This document shows positions 10,276-19,790 of a stretch of 64,000 bases of DNA, piece by piece; the stretch's first letter is position 1; each line of letters opens with the position of its first letter. Under the pieces are notes generated by a model, which searched no databases, had not been told where the DNA came from, and saw nothing but the letters and a program-made list of their open reading frames with translations. A program made the translations under genes and the position numbers. The stretch spans positions 143,532 through 207,531 of the forward strand of contig CAVSGM010000003.1 of the NCBI GenBank assembly GCA_963727485.1, given 5' to 3'. Source of the stretch: an uncultured delta proteobacterium. Lineage in GTDB: Bacteria > Myxococcota > Myxococcia > SLRQ01.

Positions 10276-11643
10276 CTATTTCCGCTTCCTGCCCCGGGGC
10301 TTCCTGGGCGCCCGGCGCGCCACCCAGCCCTCGAGGTTCTTCTGGGGCCCCCGGGCCACCGCCAGGGCCCCGGCGGGGACGTCCTTGGTCAGGGTGGACC
10401 CGGCGCCCACGTAGGCCCCGTCGCCGACGGTGATGGGCGCCACCAGGGCGGTGTTCGAGCCGATGAAGCACCCGGCGCCGAGGGTGGTCTGGTGCTTGGC
10501 GGCGCCGTCGTAGTTGCAGGTGATGGTCCCGGCGCCGACGTTGGTCCCGGCGCCCACCTCCGCGTCGCCGAGGTAGGAGAGGTGGTTGGCCTTGGCGCCC
10601 CGGCCCAGGTGGGCCTTCTTGGTCTCCACGAAGTTCCCCAGGTGCACCTCGCCCTCGAGGACCGACCCGGGCCGCACCCGGGCGAAGGGCCCGACCCGGC
10701 ACCCGTCGCCGATGACCCCGTCCTCCACATGCGACCAGGGCAGGAGGGTCACGCCCCGGCCCACCCGGGTCTCGCCCAGGAGGTGGCAGCCGGCGCCGAT
10801 GACCGTGTCCCGGCCAATCGCCACGCCCTCGTCGACGTAGGTGTTCGCCGGATCCTCGAAGCTCACCCCGCCGACCATCAGCGCCTCGTTGATCCGCCGG
10901 CGCATCAGTGTGGCCGCCCGGGCGAGCTCCACCCGGTCGTTGACCCCGGCGACCTCGCTGGGATCGGCGACCGGCACCGCCTTCACCGTGAGCCCCCGGG
11001 CCACCGCCACCGCCACCACGTCGGTGAGGTAGAGCTCCCCCTGGGCGTTGTCGGCCCTCAGGTTTCCGAGGGCCGCCTCGAGAATCTTGCGGTCGACGTC
11101 GTAGATCCCGGCGTTGATCTCCCCGAGGCGCCGCTCGGCCGGGGTGCAGTCCCGGTGCTCCACGATCCGCACCACCCGCCCGTGGCCGTCGCGGACGATG
11201 CGCCCGAGGCCCGTGGGGTCGGCGGGCTCGGTGGTGAGCAGCGCCACCGCCGCCTTGGCCCCGGCGCGCACCAGGCGCTGGAAGGTGGCCCGGGTGAGCA
11301 GGGGCACGTCGCCGTAGAGGATGCGCACCCGCTTGGCCCGGCCCACCTCGGGGAGGGCGCAGCGCACCGCGTCGCCGGTGCCCCGCTGGTCGCGCTGGGT
11401 GACGAAGCGCAGGGGCGCCCCGGGGAAGGCGGCCTCGAGGGCCGCGCGCACCGCCTCGCCCTGGTGGCCGACGACGACCACCACCCGGCGGCTGCCGGCG
11501 TCGAGGGCCCGGCGCACCGGGTAGAAGGCCAGCGGCCGGCCGCAGAGGGGGTGGAGGACCTTGGCGGTGGCGGAGCGCATCCGGGTGCCCTTGCCCGCCG
11601 CGAGGATCACCGCTGCATCGGGAGTCGAAGCCATGGGGGGCAT
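10276..11643 (-). CDS. glmU: Bifunctional UDP-N-acetylglucosamine pyrophosphorylase / glucosamine-1-phosphate N-acetyltransferase
   Basis: AAVILAAGKGTRMRS..., followed by left-handed beta-helix hexapeptide repeats (GAGTNVGAGTITCNYDGAAKHQTTLGAGCFIGSNTALVAPITVGDGAYVGAGS). Confidence 0.9.
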   Translation of the reverse strand: MPPMASTPDAAVILAAGKGTRMRSATAKVLHPLCGRPLAFYPVRRALDAGSRRVVVVVGHQGEAVRAALEAAFPGAPLRFVTQRDQRGTGDAVRCALPEVGRAKRVRILYGDVPLLTRATFQRLVRAGAKAAVALLTTEPADPTGLGRIVRDGHGRVVRIVEHRDCTPAERRLGEINAGIYDVDRKILEAALGNLRADNAQGELYLTDVVAVAVARGLTVKAVPVADPSEVAGVNDRVELARAATLMRRRINEALMVGGVSFEDPANTYVDEGVAIGRDTVIGAGCHLLGETRVGRGVTLLPWSHVEDGVIGDGCRVGPFARVRPGSVLEGEVHLGNFVETKKAHLGRGAKANHLSYLGDAEVGAGTNVGAGTITCNYDGAAKHQTTLGAGCFIGSNTALVAPITVGDGAYVGAGSTLTKDVPAGALAVARGPQKNLEGWVARRAPRKPRGRKRK

Positions 11644-11700
11644 CTACCGGGGCCGCCGTCGGGATTCAAGCGGGGCCGGCGCCTTGGCCCCGCGCGGGCG

Positions 11701-12033
11701 TCAGTGCCGGGTGGCGACGAAGGCCTGGATCCGCGCCCGGTCCCCGGGGGCGATGTCCACGAACCGGACCCCCATGGCGGGCTTCGGACCCGGGCGCGAC
11801 CACACCACCTTGCCCACCACCGTGAACGGCCGGCCGCTGCCGGGGCCGAGGCGGAGGGTGACGAAGCGGCCCGTGGCCAGGGGGGCGTCGGTCGAGAGGG
11901 ACACGCCCCCGCCGCCGATCTCCCCGGCGGTCACCTGGCGTCGGCTGCGGTCCCGGTCGAAGAGCTCGACCAGGCCGGACCAGGCGGTGCGAGGGAAGCG
12001 GCGGGTCTCCGGGGCTCGGTCGTCGTGGCGCAT
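11701..12033 (-). CDS. PilZ-domain protein (c-di-GMP receptor family)
   Basis: MRHDDRAPETRRFPR...VTAGEIGGGGVSLSTDAPL...GVRFVDIAPGDRARIQAFV matches the PilZ RxxxR...(D/N)xSxGG pattern. The ATG at 12033 was chosen within the longer listed ORF. Confidence 0.6.
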   Translation of the reverse strand: MRHDDRAPETRRFPRTAWSGLVELFDRDRSRRQVTAGEIGGGGVSLSTDAPLATGRFVTLRLGPGSGRPFTVVGKVVWSRPGPKPAMGVRFVDIAPGDRARIQAFVATRH

Positions 12034-12140
12034 GGTGGAAGCAACTAGCAGGCCCCATGCCAGCTTCCCGGGGAGGCACCGAACCCAGGCGGGGATCCCC
12101 GGATGTCGGGGGGTTGGGGCGCCCGTCGCCCGGGAGTGGC

Positions 12141-14939
12141 TCACCCCGCCGCCTGGGCGGCCGTGATCCAGGTGTCACTGTCGTCGCCCTGCCACACCGG
12201 CCGGATGGGATCGAGGCCCAGGGGATGCCCGAGGGCGCCGCCGTAGAGGACCCGGTAGATGGCGTAGAACGAGAGCACCTTCTGGACGTAGTGCCGGGTC
12301 TCGGAGATGGGGATCTCCTCGACGAAGGCGTCGAGGGGCAGGTGGCCCCGGGTGGCGACCCACCGGCGCACCGCCCGCTCCCCGGCGTTGTAGGCGGCCA
12401 CCGCCAGGGCCACCCGGCCGCGGAAGTCCCGGAGGAGCCGGGCGAGGAACGCCGCGCCCACGGCGATGGACACTCCCGGGCGCTTCAGCTTCCAGAACCG
12501 GAAGTGGTGCAGGTGGATCGCCCGGGCGATGGGGTAGGCGGTGTGGCGCATCACCTGGGTGAGGCCGAGGGCCCCGGCCGCCGACCGGGCCCGGGGCTCG
12601 AAGCCGCTCTCGGCGCGGATCAGGGCGTAGAGGAGGGCCCCGGGGACCCCGTCCGCCGCGGTGGCCCGGGCCACGTCCCCGGGCCAGGGCCTCGGGTAGG
12701 CCAGCCGGGCGTCGGCGGCGGTCTGCCCGGCGGGGAAGGCGGGCAGGCCCCCCTGCCAGGCCACCGGGGCCATCCGGTGGGACCGGCGCAGGTCCCCGAG
12801 GCGGGCCCACAGGAGGCTGGCCACCCGGCGGTCGGCGTCGACCAGGGTCCCCCGGTCGAGACTGAACAGCGCCCGGCGGGCCTCCCGGGTGAGCCCCAGG
12901 CGCAGGTAGGCCGCGGCGGCGGCGACGTCGGGGTCGAGGCCCGCGGCCGGCTCGGGCGGGGCGACGGGGGTCGCCGGCCGGCGCCGCGCCACCGCCGCGC
13001 GGGCGTCGACCCCCAGCGCCTCCAGCCGGTCCCAGGCGAGGAGGCCGTAGTAGTCGAGGGGGCGGGTGGCGGCGACCTCGAGGTAGTCCCGGCGCGCCGA
13101 CCGGGCGTCGCCCTGCATCTCCTGGATCCGCCCGCGCCAGTAGGCCGCGCGCTCGAGGAGGCGGCGCCGCGCCACCGGCGCGGGCTCCGGGCGGCCGTCG
13201 GGGTGGAAGCGGATGCCCAGGGTCGGGGCCGGGGCGGGGCGGGCGCGGCGCACCTCGGGGCCGAGGGGGGGCCGGGCCCCATGGGGGCGCGCCGGTGGGG
13301 CGGCAACCGCTGCCGCGGCGGCGACGGTGGGCAGGCCGATCCCTGCACCGGCGGCGGTGGCCAGGGTGCCCACGGAGACGGTGACCTCGGCGAGGGACCG
13401 GAGCGCGCCGGGCCCGGAGGCCGGCGCCGGGTCGGAGGCCGGGGCCGGGTCGGGGGCCAGGGCCGGGTCGGGGGGCGGCGCCGGGTCGGGGGCCGGGAGG
13501 CGCTCGGGTGACGGCGCGGCCGGCGGGTCGGCGGCGAGGCCCGCGGGGACCCGGACCAGGGGCCGCGCCGAGGCCGGGAGGCGGGTCACCGTCGACGGGA
13601 TGGCCGGCGGGGGCGACGCGGGGATGGGCTCGGGGCCCAGCAGGGTGGCCAGCCACGCCCGGGCCGCGTCGCCGCGCCCGGCCTTCCAGGCGAGCCAGGC
13701 GAGGCCGAAGCGGCAGGCGTCGGCGGCCGGGGCGGCGGGGTGGCCGAGGGCGCACCGGCGGTAGAGCCGGGCCGCGGCCGGGGTGTCTCCGCCCCGGGCG
13801 GCGAGGCGGCCGGCCCGGCGCAGGGCCGTGGCCGCGGCGTCGGTCCCGGGGTGGCGCCGGGCGGTGGCGAGGTAGGCGGCGAAGGCGGCGGTGCTGTGGC
13901 GGCGGGCGACGAGGTCGGCGTGGATCACCTCGGCGCCGGCGAGAAGCTCCGGGTCCTTGGCCTCCCGGGCCACCCGCCGGAGGTAGCGCCGCGCGGTGCG
14001 GAACCAGCGGATGTGGACGTAGAGCTCGGCGGTGACGAGATCGAGCTGGGTCCCCGCCCGGTGGGCCCCGGCCGGGAGGAGGCGGCGCAGGTGGCGCACC
14101 GCCCGGAGGGCCCGGCGGGGGTGGAGGTGGAGCACCGCGTGGCGGGCCCGGGCCAGGAGGGCGTCGACCTTCGGGGGCGCCGGGCGGACGCCCCGGGCGG
14201 CGAGGCGGCGGAGCCGGTCCCGGGCCGCCCGGCCGGCGGCGCGCCGGGGCCACAGGGTCGCCACCCCCCGGTCGAGGGCGGCGGCGTCCCGGAGGCGGTC
14301 CTGGGCCTGGCGCCTTTGGCCGGTGCGGGCGAGGTGCCACGCCTGCCGCTCCAGGCACCCCGCGAGGAGCCCCCAGGCCCGGTCCTCCCGGGGGGTGCCC
14401 TCGAGGGCGGTGACCGCGCGGTCGGCGAGCTGGCAGGCGGCGTCCACCGCGCCCCGGGCGAGGCGGGCCCGGACCCGGAGGGTCACCGCCTGGAGGCCGA
14501 AGCGGCTCCCCAGGGGCACGGCACCGAGGGCCGCGGCGGCGGCCTGGAGGTGGCCGGTGCGGGCGAGGAGGTCGCCGTGGTACCAGGCCACGTCGGCGGC
14601 GAGCCCCGGGGGCGCCGCCGGGCCGTCGAGGGTGGCGAAGATCGCCAGGGCCTCGCCGGCGCGTCCGGCCCGGCGCAGGGCCAGGGCCCGGACGAAGGCC
14701 AGGGCCGGGGCGCTCCGGGGATCGAGGCGGGGATCGGCGCCGGCGCGGCCGGTGAGGTCCAGGGCCCGGGCCAGGGCGTGGCGGTCCACGGCCCGGGCGG
14801 CGGCGCGCACCTGGGGATCGGAGAGGCCCGGGAGCCTTGGCAGGGCGGTGGCCGCGCGGGCCGGCCCCGCCGAGGCGACGGCACCGGCCACGATGCAGGC
14901 GCCGAGGGTCCGACGAAGCACGGGCATGAAGACCACCAT
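12141..14939 (-). CDS. Lytic murein transglycosylase, Slt family, with a long superhelical/TPR-like N-terminal region and Pro/Ala-rich insert
   Basis: Signal peptide MVVFMPVLRRTLGACIVAGAVASAGPARA. The C-terminal Slt catalytic domain carries ALIRAESGFEPRARSAAGALGLTQVM...AAYNAG. A low-complexity APDPAPPPDPALAPDPAPASDPAPAS insert is present. The rest of the 1258-aa listed ORF upstream of the M is GC-rich read-through. Confidence 0.75.
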   Translation of the reverse strand: MVVFMPVLRRTLGACIVAGAVASAGPARAATALPRLPGLSDPQVRAAARAVDRHALARALDLTGRAGADPRLDPRSAPALAFVRALALRRAGRAGEALAIFATLDGPAAPPGLAADVAWYHGDLLARTGHLQAAAAALGAVPLGSRFGLQAVTLRVRARLARGAVDAACQLADRAVTALEGTPREDRAWGLLAGCLERQAWHLARTGQRRQAQDRLRDAAALDRGVATLWPRRAAGRAARDRLRRLAARGVRPAPPKVDALLARARHAVLHLHPRRALRAVRHLRRLLPAGAHRAGTQLDLVTAELYVHIRWFRTARRYLRRVAREAKDPELLAGAEVIHADLVARRHSTAAFAAYLATARRHPGTDAAATALRRAGRLAARGGDTPAAARLYRRCALGHPAAPAADACRFGLAWLAWKAGRGDAARAWLATLLGPEPIPASPPPAIPSTVTRLPASARPLVRVPAGLAADPPAAPSPERLPAPDPAPPPDPALAPDPAPASDPAPASGPGALRSLAEVTVSVGTLATAAGAGIGLPTVAAAAAVAAPPARPHGARPPLGPEVRRARPAPAPTLGIRFHPDGRPEPAPVARRRLLERAAYWRGRIQEMQGDARSARRDYLEVAATRPLDYYGLLAWDRLEALGVDARAAVARRRPATPVAPPEPAAGLDPDVAAAAAYLRLGLTREARRALFSLDRGTLVDADRRVASLLWARLGDLRRSHRMAPVAWQGGLPAFPAGQTAADARLAYPRPWPGDVARATAADGVPGALLYALIRAESGFEPRARSAAGALGLTQVMRHTAYPIARAIHLHHFRFWKLKRPGVSIAVGAAFLARLLRDFRGRVALAVAAYNAGERAVRRWVATRGHLPLDAFVEEIPISETRHYVQKVLSFYAIYRVLYGGALGHPLGLDPIRPVWQGDDSDTWITAAQAAG

Positions 14940-15047
14940 AGACGTCCGGGACCGCCCGGGCCACGTGCCCCATGCGCCTTGCGACCCATCCCGGGCGCTG
15001 CCTATACTGGCCCCGCCGGCTGGCCCCCCCAGCCCTCGAGCCCCCCG

Positions 15048-15401
15048 ATGACTGCGGTCCTCGTCCTCCTGGTCGTCTCCCTCACGGCGTACTTCGCCCT
15101 GCGGCTGCGCGAGGCGAAGCGGTCCCGCCTCGCCCTCGAGGCCGAGCTGCGCGCCGTCCAGGGCCGGTTGATGCAGGTCGAGGGGCACCTCGGCGGGGCC
15201 CACGAGGACCTGGTCGTCCTCACCCACGTCCTCGTCGAGCGCGGCGTCGCCGACGAGGAGGACCTCGACGAGATCCGCCAGCGGGTGGTGGAGCAGCCCA
15301 TCCGCCGGGCCGAGGAGCGCGAGGAGCTCCTCGAGGGCTCGGGGCTCTCCGACGACGCGGTGGTGGTCGAGGGCCCCGACCCGGGCCGGACCATCCACTG
15401 A
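15048..15401 (+). CDS. Hypothetical small membrane-anchored coiled-coil protein
   Basis: MTAVLVLLVVSLTAYFALRL (TM) then a charged, heptad-like stretch. It is the real tail of the otherwise spurious 13740..15401 ORF. Confidence 0.4.
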   Translation: MTAVLVLLVVSLTAYFALRLREAKRSRLALEAELRAVQGRLMQVEGHLGGAHEDLVVLTHVLVERGVADEEDLDEIRQRVVEQPIRRAEEREELLEGSGLSDDAVVVEGPDPGRTIH

Positions 15402-15732
15402 CCGCCCCGGCCGCCCGGCCCCAGGCGCGTGTTGCGGACAGCGCCTCGTCGCTTGAGGCGCCGGGGGTGCCCTGGCGGTGGGGGCGCGACCCGTCGAATA
15501 CGTCACAACGTATCCCATTGGGGCAATCCGCCCCAACGTATCCCAACGTGACGCATTCAGAGGGGTGCCGAGGGTGCCCTCGGCGCGGAGTGGAGCGACA
15601 GCGGCGAGAGTCCCGACGACTGCGAGCACCACCCACCGATGATGGAGCGGGTCAAAGAGACCACCGGGTCCTACCTGGCGCGGGTGCTGGCGGACGCGGG
15701 CGCCTGGCGGGCGGCGTCTCCGCGACACGCCC

Positions 15733-17475
15733 CTAGAACCCGGCGGCCACCCCCTCGCCCCGGGGGTCGGCGGCGCCGAAGCGCACCCGGGTCCCGGGGT
15801 CCACCAGGATGCACGCGGCGTTCCCCCAGGGCCGCCGTCGCACCAGGTGGTGCCCGAGGGCCTCGAGCCCGGCGATCGTCGCCGGGTCCAGGCCGTGGGG
15901 CTCGTAGTAGGTCTCATCCGGGAGCCACTGCTCGTGGATCCGCGGCGCCGCCACCGCCTGGGAGAGGTCCATGTGGAAGTCGACCACGTTCAGGAGCACC
16001 TGGAGGACGGTGGTGATGATGGTCGGCCCCCCGGGGGCGCCCAGGGCCAGGTAGAGCTTCGCGTCCTTCCCCTCGCCCCGGAACACCAAGGTCGGCGACA
16101 TGCTGGACAGCGGGACCTTCCGCGGGGCGATGGCGTTGGCCTCGCCCTGCACCAGCCCGTAGACGTTGGGCTGGCCCGGGGCCGAGGCGAAGTCGTCCAT
16201 CTCGTCGTTCATCAGCACCCCGGTCCCCGGCGCCATCACCCCGGCGCCGAAGCCGTAGTTGATGGTGGTGGTGAGGGCCACCGCGTTCCCGGCGGCGTCG
16301 ACCACCGAGAGGTGGGTGGTGTCGGGGCTGGGGTCGCGCTCCGGGGCCAGGTGCTGGGGCAGGTCCCTGGACGGGGTGGCGTGGAGGGGGTCGATGCCGG
16401 CGCGCAGCCGGTCGGCGTAGGCCATGCTGGTGAGCCTCGCCACCGGGTCGTCGACGAAGGCCGGGTCGCCGAGGTCGGTGTTCCGGTCGGCGAAGACCCG
16501 GCGCAGGGTCTCGATGAGCAGGTGCAGCGAGCGCACCGAGTGCCAGCCGTCCCGGTCGAGGTCGAAGCGCGAGAGGAGGTTGAGGGCCTCGGCCAGCGCG
16601 ATGCCCCCGGACGAGGGCGGCGGCATGCTCTCGATGGTCAGCCCCCGGTAGTGGGCGACGATGGGGCGCCGCTCGGTGGGGCGGTAGGCGGCGAGGTCGT
16701 CGGCGGTGAGGACCCCGCCGCCGGCGGCGCTCCCCGTGGCGATGGCCGCGGCCACCGGCCCCGCGTAGAAGGCCCGGGCTCCGTCTTTGGCGATGGCCGT
16801 GAGGGTCCTGGCCAGCTCGGGCTGGACGACGCGGTGGCCGAGGGGCGGGACCTGCGGCGGCCCGCCGTCCGGGCCCGGGACCAGGAAGATCCGCGCCGCC
16901 GACGGGTCCTTCCGGAGCAGGGCCAGGCGCCACGCGGCGACCTCCCGGTACCGGGGCGTGACCCGGAAGCCCGCCTTGGCCAGCGCGATCGCCGGGGCCA
17001 TGACCTGGGCCCTCGGGAGGGTGCCCCACTTCGCCAGGGCGTGGAGCAGACCGGCGACCTCGCCGGGGACCGCCACCGAGAGCCACCCGTCCCGGGACAG
17101 GTGGGGCACGTACGTGCCGTGGACGAGGTACATGTCCCGGCTCGCCTTCAGGGGCGCCATCTCCCGGAAGTCCAGGGTCGTCGTCTTCCCGGCGAGCTTC
17201 TGGTGGAGGACCAGGAAGCCCCCGCCGCCGAGGCCCGAGCTGTAGGGCTCGCACACGGCGAGGGCGAAGGTGGCGGCGACGGCGGCGTCGACGGCGTTCC
17301 CCCCGGCCTTCAGCATGGCCAGGCCGGCGGCGGTGGCCTCGGGGCGGGCGGTGACCACCATCCCGTTCGCGCCGCGCACCGGCGGCGGGGCGGCGGCCCG
17401 CGCGGCACGCCCCGGTGCGAGGATCAGGGCCAGGGTGGCGAGGGCGAGGGCGAGGGGTCGGGGAGCGCGGCGCAT
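15733..17475 (-). CDS. ggt: Gamma-glutamyltranspeptidase
   Basis: Signal peptide MRRAPRPLALALATLALILAPGRAARA. GGT family motifs are present, including the autoprocessing Thr in the region ...DTTHLSVVDAAGNAVALTTTIN... and GLVQGEANAIAPRKVPLSSMSPT. Confidence 0.88.
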   Translation of the reverse strand: MRRAPRPLALALATLALILAPGRAARAAAPPPVRGANGMVVTARPEATAAGLAMLKAGGNAVDAAVAATFALAVCEPYSSGLGGGGFLVLHQKLAGKTTTLDFREMAPLKASRDMYLVHGTYVPHLSRDGWLSVAVPGEVAGLLHALAKWGTLPRAQVMAPAIALAKAGFRVTPRYREVAAWRLALLRKDPSAARIFLVPGPDGGPPQVPPLGHRVVQPELARTLTAIAKDGARAFYAGPVAAAIATGSAAGGGVLTADDLAAYRPTERRPIVAHYRGLTIESMPPPSSGGIALAEALNLLSRFDLDRDGWHSVRSLHLLIETLRRVFADRNTDLGDPAFVDDPVARLTSMAYADRLRAGIDPLHATPSRDLPQHLAPERDPSPDTTHLSVVDAAGNAVALTTTINYGFGAGVMAPGTGVLMNDEMDDFASAPGQPNVYGLVQGEANAIAPRKVPLSSMSPTLVFRGEGKDAKLYLALGAPGGPTIITTVLQVLLNVVDFHMDLSQAVAAPRIHEQWLPDETYYEPHGLDPATIAGLEALGHHLVRRRPWGNAACILVDPGTRVRFGAADPRGEGVAAGF

Positions 17476-17651
17476 CACCGGTCCACCCAAGCCCGACCGG
17501 CCCGGGATTTCAAGGCCCCCGGGCGCGCGACGGGTCGCCGAGCCGTGACCCCGGTCGACACACGACGAAAATGGCGGCCAATCGGCGGTTGACAACGGCC
17601 CCATAAGGCGGCTTGCCTAGTGGGCGATGCGGGGGCCGGCCAGAGAACCAG

Positions 17652-18641
17652 ATGGAGTTCAACCGCCTTGACGTGCCGCGCCCGGCGTGGCCCTCGGGGC
17701 CGCTGCCGGCGGCGATCTCCGCTCTCTCCTCGTGGGCCCTGGGTCTCGCCGCGGGGCTGACGGGGATCTTCGGTCTCCGGGCCCTCGGCGCCGGCGGCGC
17801 CGATCCCTGGGGCCTCGCCGTGGCCCCGCTGGGCATCGTCGCCGGGGCGGCGCTGGTGGAGGCCCTGTGGCCGGCGCGGATCGTGGTGCGGCGCCAGGGC
17901 GAGGTGGTGCGCGCCGGCCGGCTGCGCCTCCCGGTGGGGGTCGGCGACCTCGGGGTGACCCGGGTGGCGTCCGGCGGGGGCGAGACCTACGCCGTGCGGT
18001 GGATCGGACCTGGGGGCGAGGTGCGCCCCTGCGCCACCGGCTCCGACCCGGCGGTGATCGACGCCTACGCCGAGGGCCTCGGCCTGGTGGGGGGCTACGC
18101 GGTGCGGTGGGCCGGCCGGCGCCCGGCGGCGCGCCCGGCGGCGGACCCGGTGGTCCTCTCCCGGGCGGTGCGCCTCACCCGCCCGGCCCCGGGGACGGTG
18201 GCCCTGCGGCCCCGGGGTCCCGGGTGGCGCGAGCTCCTCCTCGGGAGCCTGGTGCTGTGGACGGGGACGGCCCTGGCGGTGGCGGTGGCCTACCCCTTCG
18301 CCCCCGGGCCCCTGGACTTCGGGTCGACGCTCCTGGCCTGGGAGGGCGCCTCCACGCTCCTGCTCGGGGTCTACGCCGCCGCGCCGGCGGTGGCGGGCCT
18401 GGAGCTGGTCGCCTCCCCGGCGGGCCTCACCCGGATGAGGCGCCTCCTCGGCGCCCTGGTGGCCAGCCGCCGGCGCCTCGCCCCCGAGGTGGTGGTCGCC
18501 ATCTCCCTGACCCGGCGCAGCCGGTGGCAGCTCTTCGCCGCTACCGCCGACGGTCCGGTGGGCCTGGGCCGCTACACCCTCCGAGGGGACGCGGAGGGGG
18601 TCCGCACGCTCCTCCAGGCGGCCCTCGACGGCGAGGCCTAG
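17652..18641 (+). CDS. Hypothetical integral membrane protein
   Basis: MEFNRLDVPRPAW... with several hydrophobic segments. No family assignment possible from sequence alone. Confidence 0.35.
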   Translation: MEFNRLDVPRPAWPSGPLPAAISALSSWALGLAAGLTGIFGLRALGAGGADPWGLAVAPLGIVAGAALVEALWPARIVVRRQGEVVRAGRLRLPVGVGDLGVTRVASGGGETYAVRWIGPGGEVRPCATGSDPAVIDAYAEGLGLVGGYAVRWAGRRPAARPAADPVVLSRAVRLTRPAPGTVALRPRGPGWRELLLGSLVLWTGTALAVAVAYPFAPGPLDFGSTLLAWEGASTLLLGVYAAAPAVAGLELVASPAGLTRMRRLLGALVASRRRLAPEVVVAISLTRRSRWQLFAATADGPVGLGRYTLRGDAEGVRTLLQAALDGEA

Positions 18642-19786
18642 AGGAAGCGCAGGGCCACGGTGTCCTGGAACCGGAGCCCCCGGGCGGTGGGCGCCACCCG
18701 GTCCCCGTCCCGGGCGAGGAGCCCCTCGGCGACGAGGCCCTCGAGGGCGCCGGCGTGGCGCACCCGGGGATCGACGCCGGTGCGCCGGAAGAGGGCGTCG
18801 AGATCCACGCCGTCGACCAGGCGCAGCCCGGTGAGCAGGGCCTCGGCGAGGCGGGTCTCCGGGTTCAGGGTCTCGGTGAAGGCGGCGGGGAGGTCGCCGT
18901 CGTCGAGGGCCCGGCGCCACCGGCCCACGCCCTTGTGGTTCTGGTAGCGGTGGGCGGCGCCGTCCCCGTCGAGGCGGTGGCCCGCCGCCGACGGCCCCAG
19001 GGCGAGGTAGGTGGCCCCGGTCCAGTAGCCGGTGTTGTGCACCGCCCGGTGGCCGGGCCGGGCGTGGCTGGCGACCTCGTAGCGGGCGAGGCCGGCGGCC
19101 TCGAGGGCGCCCCGGAGGGCGTCCTCCTGGGCCACCACCGCGGCGTCCCCGGGGACGGCGAGGGCCCCCCGGCGGACCTGCCGGGCGAGCGGCACCCCAC
19201 TGTCCAGGGTCAGGGCGTAGGCGCTCACGTGGTCCGGGGCGGAGGCGGCGGCGAGGCGCCCGTCGGCGGCGGCCTCGGCGACGGTCTCACCCGGGGCGCC
19301 GTAGATGAGGTCCACGGACACGTCGTCGATCCCCGCGGCCCGGGCCCGGTCCACCGCCCGGGCGCTCTCGGTCGCGTCGTGCCACCGGCCGAGGGCCCGG
19401 AGCACCCGGGGCTGGAAGCTCTGGGTCCCGAAGGAGACCCGGTTCACCCCCGCGGCCCGCGCCTCGGCGAGGTGTCGCGACTCGGCGACGCCGGGGTTCG
19501 CCTCCAGGGTCACCTCGGCGCCGGCGGCCACCGGGACCCGGGCGGCGAGGCCCTCGAGGAAGCGCCCGAGCTCGGCGGGATCCCAAAGCGACGGGGTCCC
19601 GCCCCCGAGGTACACCGACCCCGCCGGCTCGGTGGGCCAGGGCTCCCGCTCCAGGCGCCGGTCGAGCTCGACGAGCAGGGCGTCGGTGAACGCCCGCTGG
19701 GGGATGCTCGCGACCACGTGGACCCCGAAGTCGCAGTAGGGGCACTTGGCGGCGCAGTAGGGGAAGTGGACGTAGACGGAGTGCAT
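18638..19786 (-). CDS. hemW: Radical-SAM HemW-type protein (oxygen-independent coproporphyrinogen-III oxidase-like haem chaperone)
   Basis: MHSVYVHFPYCAAKCPYCDF (CxxxCxxC radical-SAM cluster), SVYLGGGTPS, NRVSFGTQSF, and the HemN C-terminal region. Confidence 0.85.
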   Translation of the reverse strand: MHSVYVHFPYCAAKCPYCDFGVHVVASIPQRAFTDALLVELDRRLEREPWPTEPAGSVYLGGGTPSLWDPAELGRFLEGLAARVPVAAGAEVTLEANPGVAESRHLAEARAAGVNRVSFGTQSFQPRVLRALGRWHDATESARAVDRARAAGIDDVSVDLIYGAPGETVAEAAADGRLAAASAPDHVSAYALTLDSGVPLARQVRRGALAVPGDAAVVAQEDALRGALEAAGLARYEVASHARPGHRAVHNTGYWTGATYLALGPSAAGHRLDGDGAAHRYQNHKGVGRWRRALDDGDLPAAFTETLNPETRLAEALLTGLRLVDGVDLDALFRRTGVDPRVRHAGALEGLVAEGLLARDGDRVAPTARGLRFQDTVALRFL

Positions 19787-19790
19787 CGCC

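Noticed and set aside
12175-14973. 932-aa and other very long Arg/Pro/Gly-rich ORFs on both strands (also 2006..4102-, 20992..24126-, 13740..15401+ upstream part, 58123..62541+ beyond 59790, 57820..60333-, 59357..61021-, 61193..62644-)
   Set aside because: Composition (RRRPGRG... runs), lack of any motif, and complete overlap with well-supported genes in another frame or strand. These are expected artefacts of ~70-75% GC with rare stop codons.
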